In this document: one piece after another, positions 1 through 12,079 of the stretch
How positions within the stretch are numbered: the stretch's first letter is position 1
How the letters are laid out: the number at the start of each line of letters is the position of its first letter
Source: Mustelus asterias
Lineage: Eukaryota
Direction of reading: 5' to 3'
DNA length: 64,000 bases
Assembly (NCBI RefSeq): GCF_964213995.1
Contig: NW_027590498.1
Coordinates: forward strand, 1 to 64,000
The notes under the pieces: generated by a model
Told to the model about the DNA's origin: nothing
What the model saw: only the letters and a program-made list of their open reading frames with translations
Database searches by the model: none
Translations under genes and position numbers: made by a program

Positions 1-666
1 AGATCATTGAAGGTTGCCATTCAAGTGGATAGAGCTATGAAGAAGGCCTATAGTGTGTTAGCTTTTATTAACAGAGGGTTGGGGTTTAAGAGTCGTGGGG
101 TTATGCTGCAACTGTACAGGACCTTGGTGAGACCACATTTGGAATATTGTGTGCAGTTCTGGTCACCTCACTATAAGAAGGATGTGGAAGCGCTGGAAGG
201 AGTGCAAAGGAGATTTACCAAGATGCTGCCTGGTTTGGAGGGTAGGTCTTATGAGGAAAGGTTGAGGGAGCTGGGGCTGTTCTCTCTGGAGCGGAGGAGG
301 TTGAGGGGAGACTTAATAGAGGTTTATAAAATGATGAAGGGGATAGATAGAGTGAACGTTCAAAGAGTATTTCCTCGGGTGGATGGAGCTATTACAAGGG
401 GGCATAACTATAGGGTTCATGGTGGAGATATAGGAAGGATGTCCGAGGAGGTTCTTTACTCAGAGAGTGGTTGGGGTGTGGAATGGACTGCCTGCAGTGA
501 TTGTGGAGTCAGACACTTGAGGAACATTTAAGCGGTTATTGAATAGGCACATGGAGCACACCAGGATGATAGGGAGTGGGATAGCTTGATCTTGGTTTCA
601 CATAAAGCTCGGCACAACATCGAGAGCCGAAGGGCCTGTACTGTGCTGTACTGTTCTATGTTCTAT
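1..666 (+). mobile_element. CR1 LINE 3' end (RT C-terminus, 3' UTR, tail)
   Basis: ORF 7-531 has the LVRPHLEYCVQFWSP...RGDLIEVYK CR1 ORF2 C-terminus with a frameshift near 424; ends in a TTCTATG-type tail. Near-identical to 18900-19623 and 48869-49360. Confidence 0.95.
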
Positions 667-953
667 AAACCCTGAATCCACTCAACAGCAAAACCTGAGC
701 GTGCAATTAAAAAGCATTTGCCGACAAGACGGCGCCAAATTCAAACCCCAGCGTCACAACTTAAACCTGTATGGATGGTAGGCTCGTGAGGTCACGATGG
801 ACTCCTCCCCCCCGCTCCCCCCCCTCCCCCCACCCCGCCCTCTCTCTCTTTCACACACACACTCACTGCAATCAGCTGAACCAAGCCCGGGTTCTCTCTT
901 TCTCAATCTCTGACTCATTCCGTTCCGATTCACTGAGAGGGATCCAATCAGAC

Positions 954-1434
954 ATGTTTCTGCTCATACTGGCGACGCTCTTGCACAGTAAGTACTGGAA
1001 AACGTTCACCAAGCCAGATAAACAGATTGATGGCAACTTAATTAACAATCTGAAATATCCATGTGATGCGTAGAATAGGTTCCTCAAACTATCGCAGATA
1101 CAAACACATTTACATTAACTCTTGACATTTAATTCCTCTATCTTCACAGGCGGACGTGGCGCCGATCCAGTCACCAGTGACAATAACCGCATCAGAAGGA
1201 GGTTCGGTACAGTTAGATTGTAACTATACAGACAAGGGTATGTACAGCATGCAATGCTATCAGCAGAAACCGGCACAACCACCGACATGGATTATTTCTA
1301 AAATATTAGCAATGAAGGATGATGAAGTTTCAGGACGACATCTGGCGGCTGCTGATAAGTCTAAGCAGAATGGTTACCTCAATATAAGCGCCCTCAGTGT
1401 GGAGGACGGGGCGGTCTATTACTGCGCAGTGAGG
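954..1434 (+). pseudogene. TCR alpha/delta V segment 1 (probable pseudogene)
   Basis: Leader 954-987 MFLLILATLLH with donor gtaagt; acceptor cag at 1149; V domain VQLDCNY...DGAVYYCAVR; RSS cacagcg(1435-1441)-22bp-tcaaaaacc. The leader-spliced frame (GRGADPVT) is out of frame with the V domain, and the conserved Trp is replaced by Cys (MQCYQQ). Confidence 0.85.
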
Positions 1435-1789
1435 CACAGCGTTAGATTACAGCTAAACACCGTTCAAAAACCTCAGCGAGTATTTACAGCTCCACTAAGT
1501 TTCCTTCTGCGCGAATGCAGTCAGGTCTATTTACCGGGTATTTTGTCCTGATTGAGATCGGCAGTGGAGCGGTTTGGGAAAACTAGATGCTAATCTCCAT
1601 GCCGCGATTTATGTAGCAAACAGAAACAATGAGTATCTCGCTACCAGCTGAGGGATGCACTTAGAAGTGGAGTTAATATGGCAGAAATTTGCAGGCTGTT
1701 CTTTCTGAATTGTTAGCTCAAATAAGCCCACGGACACCTGTAAAAAAATGCAGAACGGATAAAAATCTACTGTCGTATTTGGGAACCTG

Positions 1790-2222
1790 TCTCGGGGGCA
1801 GGGAACTCATATGGTGTTCGTGGAAGTGGAAATGACTAGGGTTGGGAAGCATTTTCCGATCGGGGCCATTGTGATCTCCTGGACTCGTTTCGATCGCCTC
1901 AGGGGGTCGGAGAGGAATTTCCCAGATTTTTTTTCCCCATATTGGCCCTGGGGTTTTTCACTCTGGGTTTTCGCCTCTCCCTGGAGATCACATGGTCTGG
2001 AATGGGGGGGGGGGGGTGGGGGTGAGTTAATAGGTTGTAATGAACAAAGCATCGTAGCTGTGAGGGACAGCTCGGTGGATAGGATATTGGTATGTAGATA
2101 GGCTGGAAAATTGGGCGGGGATCCTGGATTCAGGATTCAATCCTGGACCGGGGAGCGGCGCGGGCTTGGAGGGCCGAAGGGCCTGTTCCTGTGCTGTATT
2201 GTTCTTTATTCTTTGTTCTTTG
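1790..2222 (+). mobile_element. CR1-type LINE 3' UTR fragment
   Basis: Ends in ggccgaagggcctgttcctgtgctgtattgttcttt, the same 3' motif as the other CR1 copies in the window. Confidence 0.55.
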
Positions 2223-2341
2223 TATTTAACAAATGAGATGTCGAATAGCCGCCACAGAGACTCACCCAGCAACACGACTGTTATTATAACTCTGGGACAC
2301 AGAAACTCACCCAACAACACGAAGATAGTCGAGTGTATTGT

Positions 2342-3120
2342 GTGGTGGTGAGCTGCCTTCCTGAAGCTCTGCGGTCCCTGAGGTGCAGGTACACCCACTG
2401 TGCTGTTAGTGAGGGAGTTCCAGGGTTTGACCCAGTGACGGTGAAGGAACAGCGATATATTTCCAAGAAAGGATGTGGAATAACTTGGAAGGGAACGTCT
2501 AGGTGGTGATGTTCCCATGTGCCTGCTGCCCCTGTCCTCCTAAATGGCAGTGGTCGTGTGTTTGGATTGTGCTGCCTGAAAAAGGTTTGCTGAGTTGCTG
2601 CAGTGTTTCTTGTAGATGGTGCACACGGCTGCCACTGTTCGTCGGTGGTGGCAGGAATGGATGTTTACGGAATGGTGAGCAATCAAGCGGACTGCTTTGT
2701 CCAGTATCGTGTCGAGTTTATTGAGTTATTGGAGCGACACTGATCCACGTAAGTAGGGAGCATTCCATTTACACTCCTGACTTGTACTTTGTAGATGGTG
2801 GATAGGCTTTGGGGAGTCACAAGACGAGTTACTCATCGCAGGATTCCTAACCTTTGACCTGCTCTGGTAGCCACGGTCCTGGGTCCAGTTCAGTTTTCAG
2901 TCAACTCCCAGGATGTTGATGGGGTGGGGTGTGGAGAGGGGGGGCGTGGGGGGGGGGCGGGTGTGGATTCAGCGATGGCAATGCCATTGAATGTCAAGGA
3001 AAGTTGGTTAGATCCTCTCTTTTTAGAGATGGTCAATGCCTGGAACTTGTGGGACGTGAATGTTGTTTGCACTTATCAGGCCAAACCTAAGTACTGTTCA
3101 GGTCTTGCTGAATTTGGGCA
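2342..3120 (-). mobile_element. Old CR1/L2-clade LINE 3' fragment
   Basis: Minus strand encodes degenerate RT C-terminal residues (RAGQRLGILR..PQSLSTIYKVQVRSV). Related 3' ends lie at about 17140-17400 and 38200-38430. Confidence 0.65.
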
Positions 3121-3430
3121 TAGACCAAATGTCTGATTCGAGACAGTGGAATGTCATCCTTAAATTGAAGAATTTGAATGATTTCCTCACCAGAAAGCCC
3201 ACTCTCACTGAGTGACTGTTTCTTCAATCGGATAGGTTATGCCCTGACTGTCAATATGTCTGAGCAAAGTCGCTGTCAGGAATTGCAAAGCCCAGGGCAA
3301 CCTCATGCTTCATTTCCTGCTCTCGTTCTGACATGTCTTGCCGGCAGTCTGCTATTTGTTTGATCGCTGCAGCAACTGTAAACAGGTGTGAGGTTTTTCT
3401 ACAATGACTGCCGTTTTTCCTCTCAGTGTG

Positions 3431-3828
3431 GGCATTAATGCACAGCAGGATCCACGCTCTCCGTGTCTTCAGTAACCAACTGACCCAATTTACCCGCAGT
3501 GGAAAGTTTCAACTCGAATCAGTCATTTTCTCTTTGCCATCCGAGAATCTGCTTATTATCCACTTACGTCCCTGATCGGGTTTTTTGTCTGTACCAATAC
3601 ATTCCATAAATACTGGACATGCCATAGCTGCAGTTTATCTGTGCCGAATCCCCGCTCTGGACTGTTTTCGCTGTGTGAGTTTGTGAAACTTGGTCCGAGT
3701 GACATCGACCTATGAAAACATTCAGACAATGAAGCAAAATTAGTATAAATATACAGATTCACAAGTTATAGAATAAGTATCCTGCACTTAAAAGTTAGCA
3801 TCACCAGAATGACAAGGAATAGATTCAT
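3431..3828 (-). pseudogene. TCR V segment 2 pseudogene
   Basis: Leader-like MNLFLVILVMLTF (ATG 3828); acceptor at 3710; AQINCSYGMSSIYGMYWYRQK followed by a frameshift/stop; ends CCALM; RSS cacactg(3424-3430)-23-agaaaaacc(3392-3400). Confidence 0.85.
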
Positions 3829-4714
3829 TTGCACCGTGTGATACAAAAGCATTGTCAATAGGAATACGGGGCACAGCTCACAGCAGAAGGGCACGAAGTG
3901 AATCAACATCTTCAATATTCCGCTAATGTAAGATGCAACAGATAAAGTTCCAGACACTCGGTTTCTCTGCAGTTTGATGGGCTGGAATCAGTTTCTGCTC
4001 GTCCGGTGTAAGGATGTGGGTTGTTGATCCGCTGCTGCTTCTCTTTCGGGTCACGTGTGAACAGGCCAATTGTCTATAAACCAGGACGCTACTTTACTGC
4101 AGTAACTGTAAATTATAAAAGTGGTTAAGGATTAACTGTTCACCAATGAAGGCATTGATTTCAAACTGAGTTTTGCCCTCATTTTAAAGTTATATATGAT
4201 AAATGCATAATCAATGATATGTTGGAAATATTTTACTTGATTTACTTTTGCAAATTTAATTGATTCTCCTTGGTTTCAACAGTGCCATTTCCTCAAATCT
4301 CCGAGTCCCTCCCCATTTCATTTCTATTTGTGTAACTTGGACAGCAGCTGTTCAAGTCAGCAGCTCAGCGCCACATTCTCAAGAGCAAATAGGGATCCCC
4401 TTTTTCCCACAATCAATAACAATATCCCCACTTTAAGTCTCTAACGGACCAATATTACTCCTGATCACCTTCTTTCCCTTTATGTAACTAATATTTCCTT
4501 ATTGATCTCGATCTGCTTTGCAAGTTTCATTTCATAATCCATTTTACTAGCTCTTCTATGTTGCTTCATAGACCTTTGCAGGTCTTTGGGCTTTTCGGAG
4601 GTGGTTGAATTATCGCTCTTGCTTTGTTAGTGCGGGAGCGCATATTTGTGACATTAACTGGAAATTTCGATGTGCAATTTTGTACCGAATCCGCTGTATC
4701 TCGGCAGCAATTTG

Positions 4715-5342
4715 GGGCTTAAGGCACAGAAATAGCGGTAGCGGATATGAGAGCTTTTTATATCATTAATTCTTTAATGTCTGCTGCTTTACTAAGTATA
4801 GAAGCGTATTGCTGTGTAAAGCCGGGGTTCTGCTTTGCTGTCCCTCCCCAGAGCTGAAACACAGACTGTAGAAATGCCCATGTTCTACTTGTACCGAACA
4901 CATAAGGACTTGGTTTGTTTACAGGATGGAATTTGTGGTAAAATGATCCCCTCTTCAACCATCATTTTCGGCACCGACTCCTCTATTGAACTGGGTAATG
5001 AATATTCATCACTACATCAGCACTTGTTAAATAAAAATGTTTGGGATACGGCAGCCGGGTTAGGCCGGGGCACTAAGGAGAGTTCATTTTACTGGGAAAC
5101 ATCTACTTAATCCGAAGTGATATAATAATTAGTGGTCTGCGATACTTCCACAGTCTGTTCCCTATATCTTCGCAATATGTGAAATTCTCTGTCAGGGTAG
5201 AAATATAAATCCCCTCTCCATTGGACTGCGGATCCAAACAATGACAAACATAAAAAATTGGCAGCAATCTCTCCAATAAAACAGGACAGGTGAGAAGGGT
5301 CAGTGTGAGAACAGCACAGGACAGTCTGGGCAGTGTTTTCAC
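4715..5342 (-). pseudogene. Degenerate TCR V segment 3 relic
   Basis: Ends YFCALS then degenerate RSS caaattg(4708-4714)-24-acaaaattg(4675-4683); hydrophobic leader-like stretch RLSCAVLTLTLLT near 5290-5340; several stops and shifts. Confidence 0.6.
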
Positions 5343-5720
5343 AGGTAGGATTTAACTACAAGGAACTGAACTCAGTAACAAAGCAACATTGAAAAATTAC
5401 ATAACGTTGCCTCTCTGTAGCAAGTGTCGTTAATCTTCATTCCATTCTGCCGACCAATAGTTTCGTACCAACTTTGTTAGAGTCAGTAAATTATTCAATC
5501 CTAAACGAAATCTTCATCAGGCGCCTCACAAAAATCTTGCGTTGATTTTCCCGCTTATATATCTTTGAGATCCAGCTGCCTACACTCAGAAATCTTATTC
5601 TCTGATGAGCGGGATATGGCATTAATGTTTGCGTTCCCCTATATAAACACGTAGCCCTGGTTAAGAAACATCAGAGTGGTGAGGGGCAACTCCCACAGCT
5701 CCATCCGTGTGATATGCTGC

Positions 5721-5744
5721 AGGAAGTGACATCAGAAATGTGGT
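5721..5744 (+). promoter_or_regulatory. TCR V promoter module: Ets + CRE-like decamer + Runx site
   Basis: AGGAAG (5721-5726) overlaps AGTGACATCA (5725-5734), followed by TGTGGT (5739-5744), about 90-110 bp upstream of the V4 ATG. Confidence 0.65.
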
Positions 5745-5830
5745 TGCTCTGAGTCTGTGTTGTCCTGCAGCAGATGACATTTGCTCTTTTACAGTTATCT
5801 GTTCTGCACCTTTCTGGGACAGCAGCAGCA

Positions 5831-6838
5831 ATGCAGATCCACGTTCTCGTTGTGCTCTGGGCAGCTTTCTGTGTCGGTGAGAAATTTAAAACTTTTAGAT
5901 GAAGATTAATTTCAGAGAATTAGATTTTAAAAGTAAATAGTCTATTTATCACTTGTATCGAAACTTGGTCAGACCACATGAGGAGTGTTAGGAAATAATG
6001 CCAGGGCACAGGAGAAAATGAGGAAAAATCTGTAAGAAGGTGATACCGCAATTGGCATGAGCTAACTATCAGCAATAATTGTGCTGGCTGAGATTATTTG
6101 ATCTCGCAAAGCGAGGTTGGAGGGACAGCCTGACAGAGGTCTTCAAATGTGATTGAAAGGTGGTTAATAGGTTAGTGCTGCAGAGTTCTTTTCACTTCTG
6201 GATCATTGATTATGATAAATGCAACGGTTCAAAGAGATGCAAAAGGGCATTGTGGACAGGCCTCCATACCCAGCGTGTGTTTATATTCTGTACATCACTA
6301 CCACAAGGGAAGCTAAATAAAGAGATGATGCAGAAAGAAATGGATGGAAATTCTGAGAGATTGAGACGAAGTAAGGCGAATTACGCTCTCTAGGATTTAA
6401 AACAGACAGATCAATTTTGTAGAAAGTTTATTTTTCTAAGGTCTGTACTCCACCTTTTTGTATGTGATACTAACCACTAATTGTCACATTTCAGTTCAGT
6501 TGATTATTTGCACTTTTTAAACTGTGTGTTCCAGATCAGAGCGATGGAGATTCTGTTACTCAGCGGGAATCCTCACTCACACCGCCAGAGGGAAAATATG
6601 TCACTTTAAGCTGCATCTTTACCGACGATGCTGATTATTTATTCTGGTACCGTCAGTACCCAGGCAGACAGCCCGAGTTTGCCGTCCGCCGGGACCCGAG
6701 CGACAGTTATGAATTCAAGGCCGATTTCGCTCGGACACGGTTTTCGGATAGAGTCCAGCAGTCAGACAAGTTGTACCGATTGACAATCTCGGAGCTGCGG
6801 CTGTCTGACACCGCGGTCTATTACTGTGCACAGAGTCT
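5831..6838 (+). CDS. Intact TCR alpha/delta V segment 4 (exons 5831-5876, 6535-6838)
   Basis: Leader MQIHVLVVLWAAFCV, phase-1 gt..ag intron, open V exon DSVTQRESS...VTLSCIFT..YLFWYRQYPGRQPEF...RFS...LTISELRLSDTAVYYCAQS with canonical C-W-C. Absent from the ORF track because it is spliced. Confidence 0.95.
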
Positions 6839-6877
6839 CACAGTGATGAGAACGAGTGAAATTCTCGTACAAAAACT
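6839..6877 (+). other. 23-RSS of V4
   Basis: cacagtg, 23-bp spacer, acaaaaact. Confidence 0.95.
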
Positions 6878-7839
6878 GCCGCAGGTTTCTGGGTCACAGC
6901 TGCTGTCTGCTGAGGACTGTTTACAACAGCCAGTCACACACTGACACTGGAAAATATTCCTGTGCACAAAGACCCAGAGAACAATCAGCAGAAACAGCAT
7001 CAGAAACGGTACAAACCGAACATTCTTTCTGCCTGATTATTGCATTCACGTCGTGGCTGCAAAACTGGCTGCCCACCATTGACAACACAAACTCCAGTTG
7101 GTTCCCTGAAACTAGCTCTGTCGATGCAGTGAAATAGGGTAAACGGAAAGTAAGATAACACTGTTTAAAATATCAGTCTGCAATGGAGACAGGCTTACGC
7201 CAGGTCAAAATGTTGATAATTAAATGAAACGTGTTAATTGTCCCTCACTGTTACAGAGATGTGGAAATTTTAACCGAACGGACCGCTACAATATCAGTAG
7301 GTTCTGAGCGTTGCTGCCACCTTGTGGGAGAGTTCACAATTTCTACCTGTAATGTTCAGTTCCATTCAGAGCATGATTGTTCAGGAATTATTTTTACAAG
7401 AAATTCAAAAGCTTACACCAAAATATCTTGTCAGTAAATATTGCGTTGTTCGGTGTAAATGCTGTACTGAACTTTACTCTATGCTCTATATTTCCTATTG
7501 TAACCTTAAACTATGTTTCCTGTATTCATTTATGAGACAATCTCCTTGTTTCGATTACAGCAGGATGGTTAACAACTGTCCAGACCGTATTTCTTCTCAC
7601 AGGGCACAAACTAGTGTCTCAACTAATACTACACTGATCCCACATATCTGTTCATATTTCACTGGATCCAGTGCCTGTTTACATGATACTGGCGCTGTCT
7701 CCTTCCTTCAACTTTATTTGCCGTGTAATCCATTAGAGACGTTGTCGGTTGTTACTGGTCTTAGACCATGCTCATGTTTATATCGCAAATTTTACAAACT
7801 TGTCTAAATTCTCTAAGACATTTTGAATTAGATTTGAAT

Positions 7840-8617
7840 TCAGATTATGACCTGAATGGCTGTAAATTGGGACAGGGGAGTGTGCAGCGGGACCTGGGTG
7901 TCCTTGTGCACCAGTCACTGAAGGTAAGTATGCAGGTGCATCAGGCAGAAAAGAAGGCAATTGGTATGTTGGCCTTCATTGCGAGAGGTTTCGAGTACAG
8001 GAGCGGGGATATGTTGTTGCAATTATACAGGGACTTGGTGAGGCCACGGTTAGAGTATTGTGTGCAGTTTTGGTCTCCCTTTCTGAGGAAGGATGTTCTT
8101 GCTCTCGAGGGAGTGCAACAAAAGTTTACCAGGCTGATTCCGGGGATGGCGGGACTGATGTAAGAGGAGAGATTGACGACGTCAGGATTGTTTTCACTGG
8201 AGTTCAGACGAAAGCAGGGGGGGGGGGGGTGGTTCTCAAAGAGACTTATAAAATTCTAACAGGTCTAAACAGGGTAGATGCAGAGAGGATTTTCCCGATG
8301 GTGTGGAAATCCAAAACCAGAGGTCACAGTCCGAGGATTCAGGGTAGACCATTTAAGACGGAGATGAGGAGAGATTTCTTCACCCAAAGAGTGGTGAGCC
8401 TGTGGAATTCATTACCACAGGAAGTAGCTGATGCCAAAACATTGAATGCATTCAAGAGGCGGCTGGATAAAGCACTTGGGGCGAATGGGATCAAAGGTTA
8501 TGGGGAGAAAGCAGGACTGGGCGATTGAGTTGGATGATCAGCCATGATCGTGATGAATGGCGGAGCAGGCTCGAAGGGCCCAATGGCCTCCTCCTGCTCC
8601 TATCTTCTACGTTTCTA
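7840..8617 (+). mobile_element. CR1 LINE 3' fragment
   Basis: ORFs 7768-8163 and 8058-8528 give the CR1 RT C-terminus with a stop and frameshift; typical 3' UTR. Confidence 0.9.
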
Positions 8618-8977
8618 GGTTTGTATGAATTATGCCCAAAATATATTTGATATAAATGGAATAAATGGAACCTTCCCCAAATCTGTTACTCTCGGCTTGT
8701 AACTTATTGACATTTATTTGAAACCAACACATTCTGCTGATACGTTTAGAAAGAACAGAATTCCCTCCATTTTGCCCTATCCCAATCACCCTGTCACATT
8801 GCGGCAGTGTTTTTCCACCTAGCTCCCTCTGGTTCTTGTCACTCTGTCTCTCAGTCCGCAGTAATACACCACGCTGTCAGACAACCGCAGCTCAGGGATG
8901 GTGAAAATCCCCTCACTTTTTGAACTGTCGAGGAATGCAGAAAATCGAGGCCCCACACCCTCTGGTCTGAAAATATC

Positions 8978-9076
8978 GTAAGAAGTCTCACAACACCAGG
9001 TTAAAGTCCAACAGGTTTATTTGGTAGCAGACACCATAAGCTTTCGGAGCGTGCTGCTCCTTCGTCAGATGGAGTG
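8978..9076 (-). mobile_element. 99-bp Penelope-like terminal fragment with 9-bp TSD
   Basis: Matches the terminal repeat of the element at 24248-25498; flanked by gaaaatatc at 8969-8977 and 9077-9085. Confidence 0.85.
9034..9072 (-). ncRNA. Minimal type I hammerhead ribozyme motif
   Basis: Minus strand reads ccat-CUGACGA-a-ggagc(agcac)gctcc-GAAA-GC-UU-atgg: full core, stem II, 4-bp stem I, palindromic AGCU stem III. Confidence 0.75.
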
Positions 9077-9384
9077 GAAAATATCCCCAGCAGAAGGAAT
9101 ATAGATCAAGAATCTGGGAGCTTTGTCCCGATCCTGACGGTACAGGTGTAATAATTAGAAAGCAGCAGTGGTGGAATAGCTGAAATTGATTATCACAGAG
9201 TCGCCTTCGAACTGTGTCGCTGTAACCCGGCTCCTGTGAGACCGAGTCTGCAGCATGAACACCTGCAGAAATGAAGAAATAGAGAACATTTTGTTGCCAT
9301 TTTATTGCAGCCAAGATTGTCAAGTTAACAGAATATATTGCAAATGCAGGAAACACATGGTTAAAAGTAAAAATACTCTGTGAG

Positions 9385-9720
9385 CGGCATGGTAGCACAG
9401 TGGTTAGCACTGCTGCTTCACAGCTCCAGGGTCCCGGGTTCGATTCCCGGCTCGGGTCACTGTCTGTGTGGAGTTTGCATATTCTCCTCATGTCTGTGTG
9501 GATTTCCTCCAGGTGCTCTGGTTTCCTCCCACAGTCCAAAGATGTGCGGGTTAGGTTGATTGGCCAGGTTAAAAAAAATTGCCCCTTAGAGTCCTGGGAT
9601 GCGTGGATTAGTGGGTAAAATATGTGGGGGTAGGGCCTGGGTGGGATTGTGGGCGGTGCAGACTCGATGGACCGAATGGCCTCCTTCTGCACTGTAGGGT
9701 TTCTATGATTCTTTCTATGA
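9385..9720 (+). mobile_element. tRNA-derived SINE (abundant family)
   Basis: A-box/B-box head (ggtagcacagtggttagcac...gggttcgattccc), conserved body and CR1-like tail; many copies in the window. Confidence 0.85.
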
Positions 9721-10558
9721 GTAACGTTAACAAGTTGAAAACTGAGTAACTTGGGAGTTAACAAGTTAGGAGGCCAGTAGCTGTGAGGAATGAATGAAGG
9801 GTATCACCCAAAATGCTCACAGAGCTGATGCTGGATCTGAACTCAGTGAGTTAAAGCTCAATAGTTTTAGGTAAGAGTTGAGAAGATGAGCAGTGACATT
9901 CGGCCTGGCAACCTGATTGGTCTATTCCTGACAGAGCGACAAGTGACAACCAATCGGTTCATTGCTCCATTGTCCCACATTTCATCCAATCAACTCGCAG
10001 TTTGTGACGTCAGTGAGCTGGGTAGATGAAAGACCAGCAGTGGCCACTTTGCCTTGCAAAAATGCTCCTACTATCTACCTGTCTATCTCTCACCATCTTC
10101 ATGCACTACCCGAAGTCCCATTTTACTCTTAAAATCCACAAATGTATCATCATCAGTTCGAAATAAACCCAAAGACTGCACAATCACTGCTCTGTGGTGT
10201 AGAGAATGATAAGAGTTGCTTTAAACTCAATATGGCTTCATTAACAGGGTCAATATTTAAGTTGGAGGTGATGGGTAATTGTTAAAATGGTTCTATTATC
10301 ATGGCCGGAGTTTCTCATTAAGAGAGCTGCTCGCTGAAAATGAAAAATAAAATACTTACCGCTGATAGAAACAGGACTTTGATGTATAACGACACATTGT
10401 GCAGCACAGAACGTAAAAATTCTGGCAAATTGGTCTTTATATGATTTGGGTCATACTATAAAACCCTAATCCAGTTGACAGATCTGATTCAGTGAGAGGA
10501 GGCGAGAGTGCCCTTGCTGTTTTTTTGTGCGGGCTGACTGTGCCTCTGTAACAGTGCG

Positions 10559-10995
10559 GGGCTCAGCGCACAGTAATACACAGCAGAGTCAGACACACGG
10601 ACCCCGGTGATATTTAACGGAACTGTTTTCTTGTCTTGGTCCAAATCAGCAGAATACCGGTCCGGGAAATCGGGAGACTTATCCCCCTGCCGCTTCCCGT
10701 AACTCTTCAGTAAATATCTCGGAGCTTCACCAGGATTCTGGATGTACCAGAAGAGAGTTGGCATTACTTTTTTTGTAGTGTAGTTGCAGTTCAATATTCC
10801 CTCCTGTCCTTCCTGAACCGTGAATTCAGGCGCTGCTGGGAAGCTGAATCTTGGCCATTGGTTCCTGTAACAACATATAGAATGTGTGAGAAATCTGTGA
10901 GTGAATATAACCCGTGAAACACACACTGAGGATTTGAGCTCAGACTAACCGGGCAATGTGACCATTATTATCAGTAAAGCACACAGGGAACACAT
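10559..10995 (-). pseudogene. TCR alpha-like V segment 6 (1-nt frameshift)
   Basis: Leader 10995-10950 MCSLCALLIIMVTLP; acceptor at 10865; spliced frame GTNGQDSASQQ shifts near 10830 relative to PEFTVQEG..LNCNY..FWYIQ..DSAVYYCALS; RSS cgcactg(10552-10558)-23-acaaaaaaa. Confidence 0.85.
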
Positions 10996-11898
10996 GGTTC
11001 CTGATTGGCAGTAAACAGCGACACTGCTTAACATTTGTCGCTGTTTCTAGTCTTATATCACAGAGCGAACTCAGATCAGAGACAGCTTCAATTATAGGAA
11101 AGGGGGGGGCGTTTCTTAGTGCTACGATTGGCTAGTCTCCCTGAGGATCACCTTTGGACCTGGTAGCTTTGGACCAATCACTCTTAGTTGAGGAGGAAGT
11201 ACAGCTGGCGATCTCCAATCAAATTGTAGCCCCGGCTGCGTGTGTCTTTCTCACTCTCACCTTCTCTGTCACAATATCAGTCATTCTTTCTCCGTTTAAC
11301 TCGCTTGCCTTCGAACTCAATGTCAATGTATTTTTTTAGGTAGATCTTTCCCCCTAATTAAGGTGAAAATTGAAGCAGATAATTTGAAATCCCTCTGATG
11401 CACAGTTTTTGAGTGCCGCCCAGTGCATGAGGATAATTAATAGATACCGTTTTAAGAACACTGGGGAAAAGTAATCACCCAGCTCCACATTGAGATGAGC
11501 TTCCACTGGGAAGGCATGGATTTCAGTCAGTCAATATTTTTAACCCAGCAACTTCAACATGTGGCAACTCTGAGTCTGCCTTTGATATTTGATCACTTCT
11601 GAAATGTGTGATCTGTCAGACAGTCAACTGATTAGGAACATTCAAAATACAACTTGATAACGTTTTTCACTTGGGAGATTTGCAGATTTGTGTGAATGTG
11701 ATATGGGAACGATTGGACTTGATCTGGTAGTAATATGAGTAAAAATGTCAAACTTCCCAACAGTGACAATCATTGACCTCAGTGAGCAAAAACCCTCAGA
11801 CGGGACTGTATTGTCACCTTCACTATGGGTGCATTCTCTCTGAATTTTCAACCCCATGTGTTGCCCTGACAATGAATCATTGATTTTCGACCTGTGCC

Positions 11899-12079
11899 AG
11901 TTTTTGTATGAGGCCCGCGGGATCCTCATTCACTGTGGGCCTCCGTGCACAGTAATACACGGCGCTGTCTGTCATCTTCTATCCTTTCACTGACAAGTGA
12001 AAAGTGCTTTATTTCAGGTTGTGATTCCCGCTGAGGTGTTCAAAGCCGGGAGCCGTATCGGTAAACCCATAACTCCCAA
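11899..12079 (-). pseudogene. 3' half of TCR V segment 7 with canonical 23-RSS
   Basis: ...STFHLSV..MTDSAVYYCARR with two stops; cacagtg(11931-11937)-23-acaaaaact(11899-11907); 5' half replaced by CR1; possible leader relic near 13380-13430. Confidence 0.85.

Larger units (their letters stand above)
8847..9899 (-). pseudogene. TCR V segment 5 pseudogene with Penelope-type insertion
   Basis: Acceptor near 9263; DSVSQEP...RFLIYIPSAGDIF|RPEGVGPRFSAFLDSSKSEGIFTIPELRLSDSVVYYCGLR with a frameshift and stop; RSS cagagtg(8840-8846)-23-ggaaaaaca; decayed leader about 9845-9899; TGACGTCA upstream near 10005. Confidence 0.85.

Noticed and set aside
8988-9764. 258-aa ORF
   Set aside because: Chance read-through of an antisense SINE, intron, out-of-frame V pseudogene and Penelope insert.
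10360-10397. Orphan leader-like exon on the minus strand (ATG...g|gtaagt)
   Set aside because: Frame and hydrophobicity are imperfect and no matching V exon or RSS was found before the V5 promoter.
11938-12079. IgH-like V (YYCAR) or NAR-TCR component
   Set aside because: The remaining FR3 (STFHLSV) looks TCR-alpha-like; too little sequence survives, and no D/J cassette or leaderless supporting V is visible.
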